Source: Eledone cirrhosa (Eukaryota). Taken from it: a stretch of 64,000 nucleotides of DNA. The notes under the pieces were generated by a model. It saw only the letters and a list, made by a program, of their open reading frames with translations, was not told the origin of the DNA and made no database searches. The stretch is from contig OZ024743.1 in assembly GCA_964016885.1 (NCBI GenBank), forward strand, positions 16,244,001 to 16,308,000. The letters are read 5' to 3'. Positions 1 to 15,149 of this stretch are shown one piece after another; position 1 is the stretch's first letter, and each line of letters opens with the position of its first letter. The position numbers and the translations under genes are program-made.

Positions 1-86
1 AGAATTGTTATTTCACAATTGATTTAAATATGTTAAAAATCAAAAACTTACGGGAGCGATTTCATGACCTTCTACCACCTCGTGCG

Positions 87-134
87 TCTTCTTCCCTTCT
101 TCTTCTTCTTCTTCTTCTTCTTCTTCTTCTTCTT

Positions 135-208
<74 letters not shown>

Positions 209-216
209 TATTATTA
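87..216. repeat. Compound (TTC)n-(ATT)n microsatellite flanking the 5' end of a Tx1-like LINE copy
   Basis: Directly visible; explains the poly-L/F/K/I ORFs at 30-434. Confidence 0.95.
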
Positions 217-217
217 T

Positions 218-2817
218 ATGGACGCACATGTATGAAGACGTACAAGTCTGTGGGGAAGCAACGCATCTGAAAGCCTTCTGCCCTCAACTAAAAAATGCAG
301 GGGTTCGCAAACCTCCTTTGTTGCCAACGCCAGTGTCATCACGGAAAGCCGCACCACCACCAAAAGCAACACCACCAACATCAAAAACAGCCGGTCAACC
401 ACCAACACCGAAACCAATCCAAGGCGAAAACTAGGAAAGCTCTCCCCTAACCGTTCCAATTATACATATAGAAAAAATAATAAACGCACACACAGACACA
501 GATACACTCACAGCCACTGACCCTTTGTCTTCCATCAGAGAAGATGAAGGAGAACCCAAAAGTGCCAAAAAACAGGGTCACCTCGACCTCAGATCTCTGG
601 AAATGGATGTGATTGCTGTCAGTGAGACCATAATTTCTGACACGCGCACACTAGCCCCCATTTTCGACGATTATCAGATCTTCGCATCTGTTAGCAGGCT
701 GGGAATGGAAGGTGGGGTGGCAGTGCTGTTTAGGAAAGGACTGGATCACGAGGTAAGGTCGATCTTCCGCGACCCGGACGGTACGTTGGTGGACTTGGAT
801 GTGAGCAGTAGTGAAGGTGGTGCTTTTAGACTGCTGGCCGTTTACGCCCCTACTGGGGCCGGACGACCGGTCTTCTCTAGGCGCCTGGAGACTTTTCTGT
901 GTACGTCTCGCCCTTTACTGTTAGCGGGGGACTGGAACGGCATGTTAGACGCATTCTGGGATTGTGTGGGAGTAGCTGATAGGGACGTGGGGGGGGGGGG
1001 GCAAAAGCCTCAAGCATCTAATCAGCTAGTTCCAACTGTCTGACAGGTATCGACTAGATTTCCACAATGCGCCAGTGTGGACATGGACCAACCACATTGT
1101 GTCATCTAGATCGTATATAGACAGGATCTTCATTAGGATATAGATAGAAATAGTGTAGACTCTCCACTTTCTTAAACGGTCGCCTATTCAGATCACAAAT
1201 TTGTGATCTTTACGTATTGACTCTCGAGCTTTTACTGCGGAAGCTGGAGCTGCTGGACACCTCAGAAATCGAGGTGGTCGGCAACTTATTAGAGGCATAT
1301 TAACGGTTGACGGGTGCAAAACTTAACCCGGAAAAGTCGGTGGGCTTGCCGTCCAACAGCATCGTTGGACGGACGGACCCGTAAAGTGGTTGGGGCCAGA
1401 CCTCCAGGTGGAAAAGAATTGGGACGATGTAACGAGCAGGGTAGCCAGTCTCATCCATAAATGGGCTGCGAGGAAGCTATCGCTGAAAGGTCGCGCGGAG
1501 GTGGCGAATGCGTACATTGCGTCCGTCATCTACTACCTCCTGACCGTCGTGCCTTGCCCCCGTCCGCGCCTCAAGTTGGAACGGCTTTCCTTCAAATTCT
1601 TGTGGAAAGGACAAGTTCCGTTGGTGAGGCGGTCCATTTGCTGCCAGCACTCTCTACGCGGAGGGCTAGGCATGCCGTGGCTAATGATTCGCTGAGGCTG
1701 CGAAATCTCCAGATATTCTGCCTAAACGGTGAAAAGGTCTGGTCGCCGTTTATCAGAGGGGCCTTTCCGCAGGTCATTTCTTTGATTGAGCTGCAGTCCT
1801 GGGTCAAGAAGAGACCGAGACTGGGTGACTGACACCTGGAATGTTGCCAGGCCCTCCCTGCCCTCTACCAAGCGGGCAATGCGATCAGTGAGTCTTCTAC
1901 TCTCGAGTTCTATAGAGGATTAGTGATGGGCAAGTGCGATGACGCCCACGGAGAAGCTTTGGGCCTTGACGAAGTCGAACTGACCAGTCTGTACCAGAGG
2001 ACTTTCGAGCCGGGGATGATGGACAATTTCCAGAAATCCCTCGCTTGGCAGTGCTACCGGGGAGCACTGCCAGTTCGGAATAAAATCTACAGGCACGGAA
2101 GTGCTGTCAGACGGACCTGCCCAAGATGCGCACAGAGCTACGAAACGGTTCTGCACGCACTTGTCCAATGTCCGTACATTACTGACTTGTGGAGATATGT
2201 CGAAAAGCTACGGTCACGTGAGGAACGGATCCGGCTATCGACCGAGCCCATAGTGAAGATCCACCCGCCACCTTCCCTTAGTCAGGAAGAGCAGGACATT
2301 TTCCTCTGTCTGGTGGACGTTGCGAAAGAGGTTATATGGTGGACCAGATTGAAAGGACTGAAGACAGACATTTTTCTCTCCGGCCAATCCGTCATCAATT
2401 TCTTCAAGTTTCACCAGTACATTTGCTAAAAGGTGGATCAATGTGGTGAGAATGGCCCGTGTGAATGGGGCTACTCTGACCATGCGCCTATAGGCTAGCT
2501 AACTTGAGGAGAGGGGTGCTCTCCCTGGGTGCCCTAGAAGCGCAGGGTGGTTCATGATTGGTGGGGTACCTGAGTCACCCCTGGGTCGTCCACCCCCTAT
2601 AGGGGAATTTATTTTGTTATATATTTATGCATAGTTTATTTTATATTTTTTATATCTTTATTGTTAAATTAGTCTTGTCATTGTGCACTTTTACTCGACC
2701 TTATTGTAAACCCCCACGGTCCCTGTCTTTGTATTGTACCCTACATGTCGGCCTTGTGGCCAATAAACGAAATTATTATTATTATTATTATTATTATCAT
2801 TATTTTCATTATTATTA
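218..2817 (+). mobile_element. Decayed, internally deleted Tx1/L1-clade LINE with (ATT)n tail
   Basis: ORF1 knuckle remnant (QVCGEATHLKAFC), APE remnant (DVIAVSET, LLAGDWNG, DHKFV), RT C-terminal part and CCHC (CPRCAQSYETVLHALVQC) are colinear with the intact copy at 56112-61666. AATAAA at 2762 is followed by ATT repeats. Confidence 0.9.
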
Positions 2818-2829
2818 TTTTGTTCATTC

Positions 2830-4330
2830 ATTTAGTGACACGTCTTAGAGATCTTTCTTGTAAGTTTGTTATTCTATTGTTGAATATTTTATACTGTTGA
2901 ACCAGTATCTTCGTGAGTGGGTTAGTTTTATTGTAACAGTAGCCCCTATGTTTCATTTTCAAACATGACCCTCAATGCCTTCTTGAAGATAAGGTGGTGG
3001 AGGAAAGAAAATTCATTCCACCTGAGCAATATAACCGGCCTGTCCCTCTAGCATCTGACGAATAAGTTGAATAGCATGCATTTGCGTCTCAAGGTGCCAA
3101 GCTGTAAACCCACCGACTTATCTGGGTTGATCTCTGTTCCCATCGAGGTTTCATACTCTGCTAAGAAGTTGCGGACCTCTTTGATTTCGGAACATTCAAT
3201 ACCATCATGGTTTGAGTGGGATGTGTTCCACCAGCTCCAGCTTCTACAGTAAAAGCTCAAGAGTCAACACACACAGAAGTGAGGAGAGAAGGCACCATTG
3301 ATGAAATGATCAAACGATCTGAAACGGTTCCAAAAGGTCATCTTTTTCTTTGATTATTGTGTCCCTTTGTAATTTTCAGCTGGGCACACAAGGCTCACAG
3401 GTGTGTGGCTTTACGACAAACAAAACAGTGCAGCCATTTGTCTTCAATAATGATTTGTATTTTTTACCCGTCTGGCATTTTGACATCCTCTGGTCTGGTA
3501 TGGAGGAGAATCACCAAACCAGTACTGGACCACCTCTCCCTCTTTGTGAATTTCATATTGAGGATGGTCTCAGAACCCACTGGTGCCACAGATCCCAGGA
3601 GTCACCAAAGGTCCAGTTTTGGTGGAATCCTGAAAGCAAAGACGCTTACTGCCATCCTTCCCATGTTGGGTCGGTGTATCGCTATTTGGTCCCAACTTGA
3701 AGAGAATCACCGAATGCTTGATCGTGAAAGCCTGAGTTTTGAAAAGCACTGAGATGCTTCCAAATTGTTTGGCCCTTCGCATATGCTCCATGTCGTTAAC
3801 GATGCACCTCAGTGCAGCCTCTACTTGTCCTTTGGAGGCTATCTCTGTTTTATGAGATTACACCAAAATGTATCTATATTTCAGAGTTCTCTGCAACAGC
3901 CATCACAATTGCGGTAACGTTTAAGTTGTCCCAGGTCTTTTCTCTGGTGTTAATGTTTGCTACCTGGGCCAAGCCTTCATTATTTTCTGTTAAATCTATT
4001 GAATATAAAGTTTGATCTTTTGCAGCTGTGGCTGCAAAAGTACTCCTGTTATTGTTCACGTTGTTATTTCGCGCATTTGCGGCTTTTCATTGTTGTTGTC
4101 ATTGATGCTATTGTTCTCCTTATTGCAGTTGTTGTTGCTGCTGTAGTCGTTCTTGCAGTTGTTGGCGTTGTTGCCATTATTCCTGTTGCTGCTCTTAAAT
4201 ATTTGGTTTTTGTTGTTGGTTATACTGCCTAAAGTGGTGTTGATTTTCATAATTTTGGTGGTGGGTGTGGTGCCATTCCACTCTAAATTGAGCTGCGGTC
4301 ACGTGACAGTTGACTTAATGCAATGGGGCA
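2830..4330 (-). mobile_element. Old, heavily deleted Tx1-like LINE, tail-to-tail with the previous copy
   Basis: ORF 3048-3260 contains EYETSMGTEINPDKSVGLQLGT, matching ORF2 EYEAVTGAMINQEKSVGLQLGT. The Asn-rich segment at 3874-4250 resembles the ORF1 N-terminus. Boundaries are approximate. Confidence 0.6.
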
Positions 4331-4536
4331 TATTCCATCTATATATGAAATAGAAAAAATATTTGTAATAACACGAAATAAAGTTCAGATATTATAGGGA
4401 ATCCCTCCTTGAATGCAAATTATGTAAAAAAAAAAAAATATATATATTAACAAACCAATGTTTTAAATACGTTAAAACAATAAACTTACTCAAGCTCAAA
4501 ATAGTACGTCTTCTCACTTCAATCACCAATAATCCC

Positions 4537-4723
4537 AATAATTGTTTCTACTTTTTGACACAAGGCCAGCAATCCCAGTGAATTACGGGTACTTTATTTT
4601 ATCGACCCTGTAAGGATGAAAGGCAAAGTTAACCTAGGCAGGATTTGAAATCAGATCATATAGGGCCGTAACTCTATGCTGCAAAGCATGGTGTCTGACC
4701 CTCTACTGCCAATCAACCCCCCT
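4537..4723 (-). mobile_element. tRNA-derived SINE
   Basis: Reverse complement of the 11352-11560 family: B-box-like TTCAAATCC, core TTTGCCTTTCATCCTTAC.GGGTCGATAAAATAAAGTACC and 3' end GGCCTTGTG..AAAAGTAGAAACAATTATT. Confidence 0.8.
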
Positions 4724-5204
4724 AATAAAGAATTATTGTAATTAAATTTTACTGTAAGCACAGTGAACTGGAAATGATCCACAAATCTTTTCAATGAAGG
4801 AACGCAGCACAATATTGAAGATGTGACTGGGGTTATATCATTAAAATCCTGGTTTGGAAGTGAAGCTGCTGCATATGTGACAGTAAGTCCACCTAAAATG
4901 GAACACGCAATAATATTGAAGATGCGACAGCAGCTATATCGTCAAAACATTAGCCAGGAGCAGGAAGCTAAGCTACTTCACATTTGACAGCAAATATTTG
5001 AGATATTTCTGCTTAAAATATAAATAGTAGCTAAAATCTCATTAAAACAACCTTTGCTATATAAAAATAGAAGGCATTGCATAATGTAGTCACGTTCATA
5101 TTGTTTAGAAATAAAATGGCATATATATGATTAAAATACATTGATTACTGATCTACTTGATTGGAACTGACCTGTGCCCAAACAAAAACAATACTGTGGT
5201 ATTT

Positions 5205-5425
5205 AGTTACTTGTCTCCACATTCCTTTGGAATTTATTTTGCTTCTATGCTTCCATAGTCAATAAATCACAGGTCAAGTTGATAAAATTGAATTTTCCTT
5301 AAATTAAACGTTTCTGGTTTTGTGCTTATGTAAGAAATTCCAGCAACACACTGAGGTCGATTTAATCAGCTCCCCTTCCCCTCAAACCGCTGGCCTAGTG
5401 TCAAAAATAGCAACAATTATTATTT
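5205..5425 (+). mobile_element. Degenerate SINE copy or copies of the same family
   Basis: GTCGATTTAATC..CTCCCCTTCCC..GCTGGCCTAGTGTCAAAAATAGCAACAATTATTATT 3' end. Confidence 0.55.
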
Positions 5426-5796
5426 TACATAAGAAATATTTTATTGTGTTGTGCTAAATATTTTATAGCATCAAATTTTGTCTCTTGTTCATATGTTTTA
5501 TTGAGTTTGACTCATTTTTCTAAGATAAGAAGCAGTAGCAGGAATAGAGTTAGCACCAAAGCGGCAAACACTAACTGCTTAACTAGAACAGCAACCGAAC
5601 CAATAAGAGGGTGTCTATGTGGCCTCTCAACAAGCTAGAAATAATAGCCATCTCTCTTTTGAATTACATGCCATGACATATTGAAAAAAAGAAATTATAC
5701 AATAGATAAACACACCTAGAGGTAAGAAAAAACACTTTTTGGTCATGGCTAGAATGTATTTGATTATAAAATATTACTGAAGTATGACTTAATAGT

Positions 5797-6022
5797 AGCA
5801 ATATTGGTTTCTAATTTATGCACAAGGCCACCAATCTCTTTTGGGAAGGGTAGAGTTGATTGAATCAACCTCACTACTTGACTGATACTATATTTTATTG
5901 ACCATAGAAGGATGAAAGGCAAAGTTGACCTCGATAGGATTGAAATCAGAATGGAAAGAGCCAGAAAAATAAGGCAATGACACTGTATCTGATGCTTAAC
6001 CAATTCTACCAATTTACTACCT
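5797..6022 (-). mobile_element. tRNA-derived SINE
   Basis: GGATGAAAGGCAAAGTTGACCTCG and TGCACAAGGCCA match the family in reverse. Confidence 0.75.
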
Positions 6023-6139
6023 TTAATAGTCACAATATTGACAACAAGAACACCACAATTACAATGAGAAGTAGCAGTAGTTGTTGTTGTAATTGGAATA
6101 TTGATATTAGTACTGGTATTATTACTATTATTAGTAAGT

Positions 6140-6355
6140 CATTGGATTGGCAGTATCAGTAGAGACTCAGTCACCATGCTTCGCAGAATAGATGTATGGT
6201 CCTTTACATTCTGTGTTCAAATCCTACTGAGGTTAGCTTTGCCTTTCATCCTTACTGGTCAATAAAATAAACCACCAGTAATGCACCGGTTTCAATTTAA
6301 TTGACTTCCCCACTTCAGATTGCTGGCTTTGTACCTATAGTAGAAATTATTATTA
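6140..6355 (+). mobile_element. tRNA-derived SINE
   Basis: GTTCAAATCC B-box, TTTGCCTTTCATCC core and TAGAAATTATTATT tail. Confidence 0.75.
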
Positions 6356-6911
6356 ATAGTAGTTGCTGTTGTACTAATAACATGGGACGCAATCTTTGGT
6401 TACAATTTTACTATATGATACTTAAATTCATATTTAATCATGTGAAACTTTGATGTAATGATGATTTTGGATACATTAGTAGCAATAGTATTGGTAATAA
6501 TAGTATAAATTGATACAATCTATAGAAGTTAAAGTTTAAAAAAGCAAGAGAATGGTGGAAATGATAAAACATCAGATTAAATGAGTTTCAGTATTTTCAT
6601 TTAAAATCTTTACATATTTTAAGTTTAAATAATGATGGTATTTCCACTGTTGTCATACTTATTGTGGCTTAGTTTTAGGTTATTCCTGATTTAGCTAACC
6701 TATGATGAAAGGTATTTAAAACAAAATTTGAAGCATCGTTTGAATGAAGAAAATCAATAAAAAATATAACAGAAAGTAATTGTCAGAGTATTGGCATAAG
6801 TGGTGTTTTTCGCTTGAAGACGTCTGCAATCATGAAATATTGAAAGAAATATATATATTCTTTCCATAAACTGCTGTTATTTCTGTTTATCTTTTACATA
6901 CATATATTTAC

Positions 6912-6942
<31 letters not shown>

Positions 6943-8764
6943 ATGTTTATGTATGTGTTTGTGTAAGGGGTGTAGAAGTGTGAAGAAGAAAAGTTGTTGC
7001 CTATGTAGCCTCCAGGTCAGCATTGGTAATCAAGCATGTCTGTGATACAATTGGTAGTTAGTCAAATATCTAAGTGTGATTTACATATCTGTTGGTTCTG
7101 ATATATCATACCTCCTACTAATAGGAGGAAGAATTCTTGTTTATTATTGATGGAGCATATCTATGAAGAAAATTGTTCTATCCCATGACGAAACTGATTT
7201 ACATTTTTCTTTTAGGTATTGTGTATCTTTTTGGCAGAGATTTTAGATTGTCAGGCAGACAAATTTACATTATTTATTAGGATTCACTGAGTCTGAGTTC
7301 AAATGTTGCTAATGTCTACTATATATATTTTATCCTTTCAGTTATTGCGAAACAAACTACAAATTAAGATTTTGATTGGTGGAATTGCTACAACATCGAA
7401 CAAAATTGCATGCAATAGCTCCTACAGCTCTTTGTTGTTGAAGTTCAAGATCCCCTCTTATCACTGATTTTCTTTAGGGGGAAATGTATTTGTATCCTTT
7501 TGGACCCAGCTAATGATGATTGTTTTTCTATGTAATATGGAGTTATGTGTCAATTAGAGCAACATCTTGCATTAGTCTGTATAACTCTGCACTACATTCA
7601 GATAAATAACAGTATAAAAAGAAAAGAAAAACAATCTTTAGCTAATCATGCGACTTGTGAGATATCTGGCTGCTATTTTAAATTGGTTGAGTAGCCACAG
7701 AGGCTCAGTTGTTACAAAGCTACATATTGATAAATGGTAAGATTTTGATTTTCAGAGGAGACAGAAGAAGTGAGATTTTGTAACATTCATACATTTCCCC
7801 AATTCTATGATTTAGTTCAGATATCAAGTTTTTCTGATGTCAATTTTTCCCTGACTCTCTTTGGGGAAGTTTAACTGCTAAAAGAGGATTACATCAATTC
7901 CATTTAAAAATATTCTTCCTTCCTCCTACTAGGAAAAATAAATGTATATTGCTGTTGTTGTTTAGTGTCATGTAAGCCATGGTAGAAGCATAAAATATAC
8001 TGTAGTTAAATAGCGTTCCAGACATGAAATTCCAGTCATTTTACAGACATAGTGTATATAATACAAAATTATCCTATGTTACACTCCCCTATAAATGGAG
8101 CAAGGTATAATTTATGTAAGATTCAGTTGTTATTCGTAGCAAATATCTCAAATATATAGTTCAATATCCTTTGACTTGTCATTTATTTGGAATTTATTGT
8201 TATGATTATGAAGGTAAATAAATGGAAGCAAGATTAGATTGGTAATCTTAAGCATCTTACATGTGATTATTTTATTAACCCAAACCCCTCCCACGCACAG
8301 ACAGACACATTACAAATCAACTCTCTACGAAACAAATAATATATATTAATTATAATAGTATCAAGTTGAAATTTAGTTGCTGAAGGTAAAGCAGATTAGA
8401 CATTACACACTGACGTAATACAATTTTTGCCACATTGCAACTCTGAAAGAAATTAATATTAAAAGAGCTAAATACACATGAAACCCAAATTTAAATGCTC
8501 TACAAAACGTATACCCTGTAACAGATGATTATAAGGTATAAGAAGTTAATTATGTTGAATTAGGGTGAAATTTGGTATTTCTGGCAGCTCTCTTCACCGA
8601 AGGAGGAATCTGGTTCTACACTGGGGAGGGCTCAAAGTACACTGTCAGATATTTTCTATTCATATATACCAATTGATTTACATTTGTACATTTTATATAC
8701 ATATTATATGCTAACATTGAACCTTGTTAGTATCCTTAGATTCTACTGCCTCACTTACGTCATT

Positions 8765-9542
8765 AATAAAATGTAATAAATAAATGTAAAATAAGCCCCC
8801 ATATTAACTGTAAAACTAGAAATGTAGTGTATAGCATAAGATGTACTGAAGGACAATGTAGAGACAAAAATATAGTGTACATAGGTGAGACAGCTCGTAG
8901 TGTAGGGGAACGGATAAATGAACACTGGCGAGACCTTCAAGATAATAAAGAATCATCTGTACTCTACCAACATGCTAAAATGGAACACAAGGGTAAATTA
9001 GAGAACATAGAAATAAAAATAGAATCTACACACAGAAAAGACGCAATGTTTAGACAAATTACAGAGGCAATAAACATAAAAGAATTACAACCAAAATTAA
9101 ATAGAAAATATGAGTGGAACAGCAACATCACAACTTACAATTAAGGACAAAATGAAAACACACACACACATAGAACAAACAACCAACCAGTAACATGTAA
9201 ATAAACAAATAAATAAATGAACATAAACACACACAGACACCCGGATGTGGCGCATGCGCAGACTGAGCACAGAACACACACAGAAACAAAATGGCTTAGG
9301 ACAGAACAAAGGAGAGGCACAGAAACAAAGAAAGGAATCCACAGTCACTGAAGAGGTCACAGAGTGTGTGACGAAAGAACTAGGACTATATATAAACAAC
9401 TATCTGGTTGTGGAACCAACCAACCAACCAGAAATTTATAAATTTATAAATTTATTATAAATTTATTATAATAAATTGAAGTGAAAGCAACTGGTGCGTG
9501 TGTTTCTTATTGGCAACATGACCCTCCCAAAGTATAACAATA
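8765..9542 (+). mobile_element. 3' fragment of a Penelope-like element (GIY-YIG C-terminus plus terminal repeat region)
   Basis: ORF 8827-9144 VYSIRC...VYIGETARSVGERINEH...EAINI..LQPKLN is a GIY-YIG domain. The segment is colinear and highly similar to 35425-36161. Confidence 0.85.
9343..9387 (+). ncRNA. Minimal type I hammerhead ribozyme motif (PLE-associated)
   Basis: AGTC-A-CTGAAGA-G-GTCAC(agagtgt)GTGAC-GAAA-GAAC-TA-G-GACT: core boxes plus stems I and II. Confidence 0.7.
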
Positions 9543-11351
9543 TCGGGTTCAACACACGATTTCATATAAAGAATCTTGCTAAACAAATTCAGAAACAAAA
9601 TGTAATTAATTTAATACTTAGAATAAATTATAAGTAAAAGCCTTTGTACTACAAAGGCAAACTTATTACATACATAGAAATTTAGTTTCCAATCATAACT
9701 TACTTTGATCACACGCACATGTTTCTTTTTTAATTATGTCTTTTCATAATTATATGTAAATGTGGCAATCATACATTGTACAGAATGTAATTAATTGGTT
9801 GTTGAAAAAGAAAATTAAATTCTATTGCTCGTCTTTGGTCTTCAAATGTGTATCTCTGAAGTAGACATAATAAACAGAAACTGAACTCCTATTGGCACAG
9901 AAAAAAAAAACAATATGCAGATAGAGTGGCAATGTTTGATTTAACTTTTAACACCCTATAATCATTTAGCAGAAAATATCTAAAAACAACTCTATTAATT
10001 CAAATGCTTATTGTATCTTTATTAGTGGAACATCGTTGTGAAAATGTGCAGTATTAGAATGAAGATATCAATTCTTAATTTGATACAGATATATAGTGCT
10101 GCTTTATGCATTTCAAGAATATTTTGCTAATACGGTTTCATGTGCTACAGAAGGTTTAGTGTTAATGGGTATTTTGCTATCTATAATTGCTATTTATAAG
10201 TGATAGTATAAGTATAACCCCATGACTGATATTTGATAGCAATAGAAATGATGGAAAAGAGGTAGAGAGGGATAGAGAGAAAGGAATACATTAGTAACTA
10301 GCTGGATTAACCTTTGTTCTTTTTTTAAACAGTTAACTACAACAATCGAATATATGAGACTCTTTCTATTGCATTGCCTACCAATGATGCCAATACTAAA
10401 TGGGCATCTAAAAACAATGTTTAAACCACAACGAAGGTACAATTCCGATCACGTGCCATTAAGTGGACCTAATCGCTATGGACTTCAGCGATGGACAGGG
10501 AAGAACTATCATTTTGCAGTGGCATTACACGCAACAGGAAGCAAGGGGTAGTGAATATTCCGGTTGAATCATCAACGGAGGCCGGGGAGGGTGACAGCCA
10601 AAGCAGTTCAATATTCATGAGTTAATAGGAAACTTGGAAACTTCGCCTTTTGGATGCAGTTTTGGTAATATCATATATGCATAGACACCGATTGTAAGGT
10701 ATATAATATGCAATTTCAGAACGTATTGTACTTGTGAACATTTCGTTACGCCCATGTATGTTCTGAATCAAATCCTACCTTTCACCTTTCCAGGCCTATC
10801 TAAACTATAATAAAGTAAGGAGTGCAGGACTGCGTACAATTTATTTTTTTAATCCAGTTAGTAAAATAAGTTTGATTATTTTGAATAAATAATGAATGAA
10901 TATTACACAATTTATATACTAAATTTCGTAGCTGTTGATTAAATGTATGCTATTGATTATTTAAAAGTTCACTTTTTTAACATTTTCAAATGTCAACACT
11001 TCCGGTTAGCGATCGTTTAAATATACATTCATATATTTCCGTCACTACCTTTCTCCTAATGCAGTTTATATATAATATCGTCTTTTTTTAATGTATCATG
11101 GATTACTAACTACATAAGACAGTGTAACGCAGTCTCGTTCAATTTCTGTGTATATTGTTAATTACGATTTTATTTGATGCATCATTTCTACATGCATATA
11201 TACTTGTATATAATATCAATATCGGGTGGTCTTTCTGCTACTTTAAATAACTACTGATGTCGAGCTACTCGTCTCTTTTTTTACTCAAAAGATGGCCTTG
11301 TGCCAACGTTAGATATAATAATAAGTAATTATTTTTTATTAATATAGAGTT

Positions 11352-11560
11352 AGGGTGGTGGATTGGCAATATCGGTATCGGTAGAGGGTCGGACGCACGC
11401 TTTGTAGCATAGAGTTACGGCCCTTTATGATTTGAGTTCAAATCCCGCCGAGGTTAACTTTGCCTTTCATCCTTACGGGGTCGATAAAATAAAGTACCAG
11501 TCACGCACTGGGATCGATTTAATCGACTTTCCCCTACCCCTAAAAATTGATGAAAACATT
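11352..11560 (+). mobile_element. tRNA-derived SINE (best-preserved copy)
   Basis: GGGTGGTGGATTGGCA head, GAGTTCAAATCCC B-box and conserved core shared with several other copies in the window. Confidence 0.8.
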
Positions 11561-14117
11561 ATTTAAGGTAGAGTTCGATGGGTATGTCTGCAATATATAG
11601 TTATGGTTCCATATGTTCTAGGTGTAAGTTTAGAGATATTCAAGTGTGCTTGTCATCCTCCAAATATCAATAAAATGGGGTGCTAGTAAGCAAAAGAGCT
11701 GATTCCTATGATGCATTCTGTTGGAATGGAATTAAAATAGAAGACAGAATAGAGTTACAGCACTGGAGCCTCAGAGAGATACAACTCCTTACAGATATAC
11801 CTTGCATGATGTTGTTGCGAGCATTTATATTTCTCTATTTAAATATTTGTTGAGTTTTGTTTTATTTTTAACTCACTACTGTTTATATATAAAAAAAGAA
11901 TATACCAGTCACATGTTGACTTCTTTCATATTTATTTGTGGATTTCCATTGAGTTTTAAAGTACAAACAGAATGGCTAAAGCGGTAGAATACTAGAATAA
12001 ATTATTTTGCACTATTTAGGTACAATGTTTTCGTAGTCCTCTGTTGACTGAACCTTGTCCTATCGCACCCCATTTCCCACCAACTCCCCAGTGTAATGAA
12101 ATAAATTAGCATCATAATTCCCAAAATAAATATCGAAGAAAGAGAAAAATATATATTCAAAATTTGTTTGAAAATGTATTTAACATAACTGCATCAATCA
12201 GTAAAAAAAAAAAGAATTACAAATATCGATTATAAAAAAAATGGGATACGCTAGCTGCATCACATATGAACAGCAACGTACTGAAAACAATCTGTTTTGT
12301 TTGTAGTATTTGCTTGTAGTATTTGATATATTTGCTTTTGATTTGTTGTTGTTAACTGCTACTGCAGACGGTGCCAAGAAAAGATCTGATCGAAGTTGTT
12401 TTACCTGTGAAAATATCTAAATCTTTTCTTTGAAATATATTATCCAATATGTCCTTCGAAGATAAGTGCTTATTTTGAGGGAGATATAGCTGCTATTTGT
12501 TGTAGGTTGATCAAACATGTAGAAGTTAATTTGTTATCTAGAGGTCTGTAAAGTGTTGTTGATATTCTTGATTTTGCAGTAATGGTTTAGTCCTAAGTCA
12601 AAACTGATTTATTAGGTCCTCAATCGAACGCGTTCTCTTATGAACCACTGGTCATGTTTTCAAGGCTAACATAATTAAGGGTGCAATGTCGATTGAGCTC
12701 TCCATAAAGCGAAGTTCCTGTTCACACGCGTCTACTATTTCCGTATCCATATATACATGTGGCATGTCCACTTGATTATATAAGTTTTTTTTATGACACG
12801 TACTTTTGTAATTCGAATAATGAAGGGCGATGAAATACGTAACATACTGATACGTGGATAGGATAGATTAAACGCTTGAGTATGGCGGCCCAGCATGGCC
12901 GCAGTACAATGACTGAAATTAGTGAACGCGTACCAGACTAACTTTTAAAATTCGAACAGCATTTTATTTGGAAAAAAACAAACAAACATTTATTTAGAAA
13001 TGTTGATTATATAACTCTTTTTACACTGGTAGAAATTACATTCGGCACATTTTCATTAAATTATTTATGCTTGAAATTGTATTTGAGAAACAATCTCTCC
13101 TCCCTCCCCTCTTTCTCTCTCCGTTTCTCAATTCTTTCTCAAATACAAGTTAAAAAAAATATATCAGTTGGTGAATTCGTTCCAAAGCACAACGAGTCAT
13201 GCAATCTGTTACAGTTTTATTGCTGTTGTTTAGCCTCAAGTCAGGCATCATTGACTAGCAGAAATCAAAGGCATTCAAGCCTGTTTGACTATCTTATTTC
13301 CGTTTTCAAAGAGTATACAAACAGAAGAATATTATTTAATGTGTCCGTTTTTGTAAACACATTAAGGTAGGATTTATGCGAAATTTTGCTGGTATTTTTA
13401 GCAGGTCAACCAATATGGGATTGGATTGCACCCATCTTCACATGAGGAAATATTTATTAAAAAATAATAACAAGTAGGTGTTACAATGTCGTTGTTAATC
13501 GATCTGCTAGTAATAGCTAAGTGTAAGTCAATCTGGTTAGTTTCAATAAGAGATAGCAGCTTATATAATAATGAGTCATTCAATGCACACTACAGGAAAT
13601 AGACAAAAACGAAGACGGGATGGCCTCAACTGGAATCGCTCTCTATAATTATGAAGAAAACAACACATTTTAAAGAGAAAGCGCAAAAACTGTAGTTAAG
13701 CATGTGATAGCAGTAAAGAAGCGCACTTGTATTCCTGTACATGATTGGACGCATACATGTATGCATATCGGTAGCTGTTATCAAGACTACATATCGCCTC
13801 GTCGTTGCTGAGTTACATACATTTGGACATGTAAAATTAAAGACTCAAATGTTTGCAAAAGAAGGATGCGTACAATAAGTTCCTATGCACTTCTACTGCA
13901 AAATTAGTTTAAAAAGGTTTCCTGACTCTTACATAGAGGCTAAGTCATTGATTGTAATATATGTAGCGTTGGTTAGTGTTTGAATAATATGCAAAAGTAT
14001 AATAAAGACCATTCAGTTTATCCTTGAATATTTACTTTCTATTTCGTTTCCCGAAATCTACTTTCTCCAATGTACATGAGCATTCATTAACCCCCCGCTT
14101 TTTTCTGTATATCCATC

Positions 14118-14325
<208 letters not shown>

Positions 14326-15149
14326 TGTAACAAGTGTAAGTGAACAGATGTATATTTAAACATATTTTGATTTTTTAAAAACAAGTAAATAAAAAAAAAT
14401 CTTCCATTAATTAAGTTCTATTAATAAACTTCTATTTATTCTTGTAGGCTGAACCATTTGATTTAAATATGATAAATATTTCAAGGGTTAATAGGAAATA
14501 CAATGCTGTTGATGTTTCCCTAATAAGATTCAATAACAATAATGAAGTGTTACAATTTCAACTGAAAATCGAAACTAGGCCCCAGAATGCAAATTAAGAA
14601 TAGTTGCCACTTAGTTTTAAAGATCTAGCCTTACTTTCATATATAATATAAACATTCAAACAGCTATGCCAAAAGGAAATCGCATTATTTAATACAAAAA
14701 TAAAATTAATAAACAAATAAAAAAAACTAAAAAGCAAAACAAAAACAAAAACGGGGAAAGAAAATATAGAATAGGTTGCTAAAATAAAATAACTTCTCAT
14801 TTTTTATTTCCTGGAAAATAGTATAAATAAGCGAAGAAATATATTGTTCCTGGGCATCTTCCAAGTTTTTGCTATGAGAAAATGTCAAGTATTAAAATGA
14901 TTTAAACATATTTTGCAATAGCATCATACAGAAAAGAAACTCGTGATCAACTAACTATAGCTAAAATATGATCGAGGATATTTTCCTACGGATAATACTA
15001 ACAACAATAACAACAACAGCAATGATAATAATACAATAACAATAACAACAGCGATCATTGTTCTTTATTAGCCTTTGGGGGAATTACATTGAAAGTATTC
15101 ATACATAAAATACGTGACACTTTAAAACTAGGGTTTTATAAAAATGCAT

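Noticed and set aside
11352-11460. tRNA gene candidate (A/B-box-like motifs)
   Set aside because: No cloverleaf; it is the head of a repeated SINE.
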